A stretch of 64,000 nucleotides of DNA from assembly GCA_965203965.1 (NCBI GenBank), contig CBDBDR010000017.1, forward strand, positions 544,001 through 608,000, read 5' to 3'. Source of the DNA: Thermodesulfobacteriota bacterium. Its GTDB lineage: Bacteria; Desulfobacterota_D; UBA1144; Nemesobacterales; JAJCZQ01. The notes under the pieces were generated by a model. It ran no database searches, was not told where the DNA came from, and saw only the letters and a program-made list of their open reading frames with translations. Position numbers and translations under genes: made by a program. Below, piece after piece: positions 61,329 through 64,000 of this stretch (position 1 is its first letter; each line of letters begins with the position of its first letter).

Positions 61329-63161
61329 TCAAACGTCTATGATCTTTTTTTTGTTATCGCGTATAAATTCAAGATCAGTCTCGTTTGAAGCTGGGTCAAA
61401 GTCCACAAGTATTATTTCTCCCTCCTTACTCAAATTTATACCTTTCCTGTATATGAATATTTTATCTTCTTTCTTATTTTTATAGAGCAACGGAACAATA
61501 TGATCTTTGGCAAACAGGGAGTAAAGTTGATCAAGGTTGGAACTTTTATCTATTTGGACAGAGATAACTACGTAATTTTTACGCGAGATATTACTGTTTA
61601 TACTGAAAACATTCAGAGGTTTGCCAAAAGCCACGTTCAATTTCAGTCTTGAAACCGTTTCAATATCCGCCCTGCCCCTCTTTTTATTTATAACGGGTAA
61701 CACTTCCTCTATACCAAAATCTATCTTTGATAACTTGCTGACGAAAAGGTTTACCTTGTCACTTGTTGTCACCGCAATCATGCTTTGGGCGTTGTCAATA
61801 CCGGTTTTTTCCAGTTGACTTATATTGAGGCTATTACCTTCAATTGCTTCAAATCCTAGACTCCGGGCATTCTGGATAAGCACGTCGTTTGTATCTATAA
61901 AACATATATCTAAATTGTTCTTGACCAATAGTTTTCCCACGAGCCTCCCGAGGGCATTAGCCCCTACAATTACTATCTTTTTTGCATCCGCTTTTACACC
62001 GAGTAGCTTCGCAACGGGACCAGCTGTTAGTCCCTGAAATATCACTGTTATGGTAATGGTTAAAAATACAAGTCCCTGTATCAATTCACCACCTGCAAAC
62101 CCTTTGTTTTTCAGCTCTATACTAATTAGTGAAGCAATGGAGGCTGCAACAATACCCCTTGTAGATATGTAAGAGAGGAACATTTTCTCGTTTATCTTCA
62201 GACCGGATTTCATAGATGAGATAAAAACCGTCAAAGGTCTTACAACAAACATTAGAGCAATTACTACAAGAACTCCTTTGTAACCAAGTTCATACACATA
62301 TTCCAGGTTGACACTTGCGGTAAGCATTATAAACAGCAATGAAATAAATAAGATTGATATTTTGCCTTTGAATCTCTTTAATACCTGCTTGTTCGGAATA
62401 TCCATATTACCTACCACTATCCCCGAAACAACGGCAGCCATTAATCCGGATTCAATCAATAAAAGTTCCGACACGGCATAAACTCCGAGTGCAAAAGCCA
62501 GCACGAAAAAATCCTGGTTCTCATCGAGATAATTTGATAGATTATTTACAAGAAAACCAATCAGGTATCCCCCGATCAACCCTATGGCAACTCCAGACCC
62601 AAGTCTTAAAAATACAAAATTAATATCCATAAAGAATGACCCATGTGTTTGAAGAACAATCTCAAAAACAAAAATTGCTCCAATTACTCCAATTGGATCA
62701 ATGAATACACCTTCATGCTCAAGAATGTTCTTCAGATCTGATCTGACGTGGATCTTTCTCATCAGAGGCTGAATAACAGTGGGACCCGTGACAACTACAA
62801 GAGAGCCGAAGAGGAATGCCTGTTTCCAGTCAAGATCTATTATAAACCACGCGAAGAAAGCGGCACCAAGCATCGTGATAATTGCACCTACCGTAATGAG
62901 TGGCAAGATAATAAATCTGTGATTTTTTATCTCTTGTTTTTCTAGATTAAGCCCCGCTTCAAATAAAATTAACGCAACAAAAATCTTGATTAGAGTTTCA
63001 AATCCCTGACCAAACATTCCAGGATTAACAAGGTTAAGAAACTCCGGACCTAGTGCTACCCCCGATAATAGAAGAATAATAATACTCGGAATACCAAGCC
63101 AGATGGAGATGACCTGACACGTAACACCTGCAATAAGTGCTATAGAAACAGTTGTTAACAA
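61329..63161 (-). CDS. CPA1 cation/H+ antiporter with C-terminal TrkA-N (RCK) domain
   Basis: Multiple TM segments, ILFEAG, VTGPTVI.P, EGVFIDP, RGIVAAS; IVGANALG Rossmann tail. Confidence 0.88.
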   Translation of the reverse strand: MLTTVSIALIAGVTCQVISIWLGIPSIIILLLSGVALGPEFLNLVNPGMFGQGFETLIKIFVALILFEAGLNLEKQEIKNHRFIILPLITVGAIITMLGAAFFAWFIIDLDWKQAFLFGSLVVVTGPTVIQPLMRKIHVRSDLKNILEHEGVFIDPIGVIGAIFVFEIVLQTHGSFFMDINFVFLRLGSGVAIGLIGGYLIGFLVNNLSNYLDENQDFFVLAFALGVYAVSELLLIESGLMAAVVSGIVVGNMDIPNKQVLKRFKGKISILFISLLFIMLTASVNLEYVYELGYKGVLVVIALMFVVRPLTVFISSMKSGLKINEKMFLSYISTRGIVAASIASLISIELKNKGFAGGELIQGLVFLTITITVIFQGLTAGPVAKLLGVKADAKKIVIVGANALGRLVGKLLVKNNLDICFIDTNDVLIQNARSLGFEAIEGNSLNISQLEKTGIDNAQSMIAVTTSDKVNLFVSKLSKIDFGIEEVLPVINKKRGRADIETVSRLKLNVAFGKPLNVFSINSNISRKNYVVISVQIDKSSNLDQLYSLFAKDHIVPLLYKNKKEDKIFIYRKGINLSKEGEIILVDFDPASNETDLEFIRDNKKKIIDV

Positions 63162-63312
63162 GAAAAACTCCTTGTATCAAATTTAGGAAAGTATAATAGT
63201 TTTTGAATCATTTTAACAATCTCAAAGATCTTACGTTCAGTGTTAATTGCTGTTATCAAACAACTCGATAATTGATATGTTGTGATTTTTAGGAAAAGTA
63301 TTAACTGAACTG

Positions 63313-63510
63313 ATGAAACCATTAAGCAAGCAAAAATGGGAAAAGATTAAAGAGACGGAAAACCTGCTGAATGATATTAGGGAAACACTTCAGGTGAACA
63401 CAGATCAGATCATTAACAAGATCAACAAACTCGTAAGCGAAAACGACAAGATGAAAAAGGAAATTGCCGAGTTGAGCAGCAAAGATAATAAAACACAATT
63501 CCCGAAATAA
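63313..63510 (+). CDS. Small coiled-coil hypothetical protein
   Basis: 65-aa ORF with heptad pattern; loosely resembles the AlaRS C-terminal helical linker. Confidence 0.5.
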   Translation: MKPLSKQKWEKIKETENLLNDIRETLQVNTDQIINKINKLVSENDKMKKEIAELSSKDNKTQFPK

Positions 63511-63527
63511 CTTTCTGTCTCATCAGT

Positions 63528-63647
63528 TCAGTGGGTTAATTTCACCTCAACCCCCAGATCAAGAGTAGCCCATGACCGGTTTGCGGTAAGCACTCTTGCC
63601 CGCCCGCTGATTGCAAGTAGCGCAGATCTGTCAAAAACAATCTTCAT
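63528..63647 (-). pseudogene. Internally deleted VapC (PIN) toxin remnant
   Basis: Manual translation MKIVFDRSALLAISGRARVLTANRSWATLDLGVEVKLTH joins a VapC-like N-terminus directly to a VapC-like C-terminus. Confidence 0.65.
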
Positions 63648-63656
63648 TCTATCAAT

Positions 63657-64000
63657 CTATTTCCCTACCAGATGTTTTGGGAAATCAGAGATCTTTTCAC
63701 AGCCTATCTGCTCCATAACCTGCCTTAGCTGTATTTTGAAAATAGAAATAGTATGCTGCCCACCTTCTTTACCAAGTGCCCCAACACCATACATAAAAGC
63801 TCTTCCCATAAATGCAAAATCCGCACCGCAGGCAAGAACCCTGGCAATATCAGCACCAGACCTGATACCGCTGTCCATCATAATTTTTATCTTGTTCCCG
63901 TATAAGGGATACACTGCCTTTAGAACTTCTATAGTAGATTGTCCGGCATCAAGTTGCCTTCCTCCGTGGTTTGAGATGATTACCCCGTCAAACCCCAATT
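63657..64000 (-). CDS. FMN-dependent alpha-hydroxy acid dehydrogenase (LldD-like), 5'-truncated by window edge
   Basis: SNHGGRQLD, DSGIRSG.D, GRAFMYG. Confidence 0.92.
   Translation of the reverse strand, partial: LGFDGVIISNHGGRQLDAGQSTIEVLKAVYPLYGNKIKIMMDSGIRSGADIARVLACGADFAFMGRAFMYGVGALGKEGGQHTISIFKIQLRQVMEQIGCEKISDFPKHLVGK

Overview
AT-rich bacterial core-genome window; gene content and the rpoA N-terminus look deltaproteobacterial/Desulfobacterota-like (inference only). It holds the PDH operon (aceE partial, aceF, lpdA), ileS, PBP1A, coaX, guaB-guaA, mltG, proB/proA, a glyoxylate-shunt pair (malate synthase and a long ICL2-type isocitrate lyase), tuf plus the S10-spc-alpha ribosomal cluster (no fusA before tuf, no rpmD; rpmJ was missed by the ORF track), two tRNA-Gly genes, SRP RNA-dnaX, nfo, recN, cysC, ndk, lipB, holA, transaldolase, ispA, xseB, a cation/H+ antiporter and a partial alpha-hydroxy-acid oxidase. 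No CRISPR array, prophage or intact IS was seen. Most unusual signals: (1) ribosomal protein S20 fused in frame, through 25-aa repeats, to a hydrophobic membrane-like domain; (2) a RavA/MoxR-type AAA+ gene and a vWA gene joined by an A9 tract where the -1 frame opens exactly, suggesting a recoded AAA-vWA fusion; (3) an intact RAYT/Y1 transposase that has lost both HUH histidines; (4) a LigD 3'-phosphoesterase-like protein with its metal ligands replaced; (5) a promoter+tRNA-Gly duplication with a GCC/CCC anticodon switch; (6) aberrant G-rich codon usage in tuf; (7) vapC and DNA-methyltransferase remnants and many tandem duplications. All family assignments come from motif recognition by eye, not database searches.
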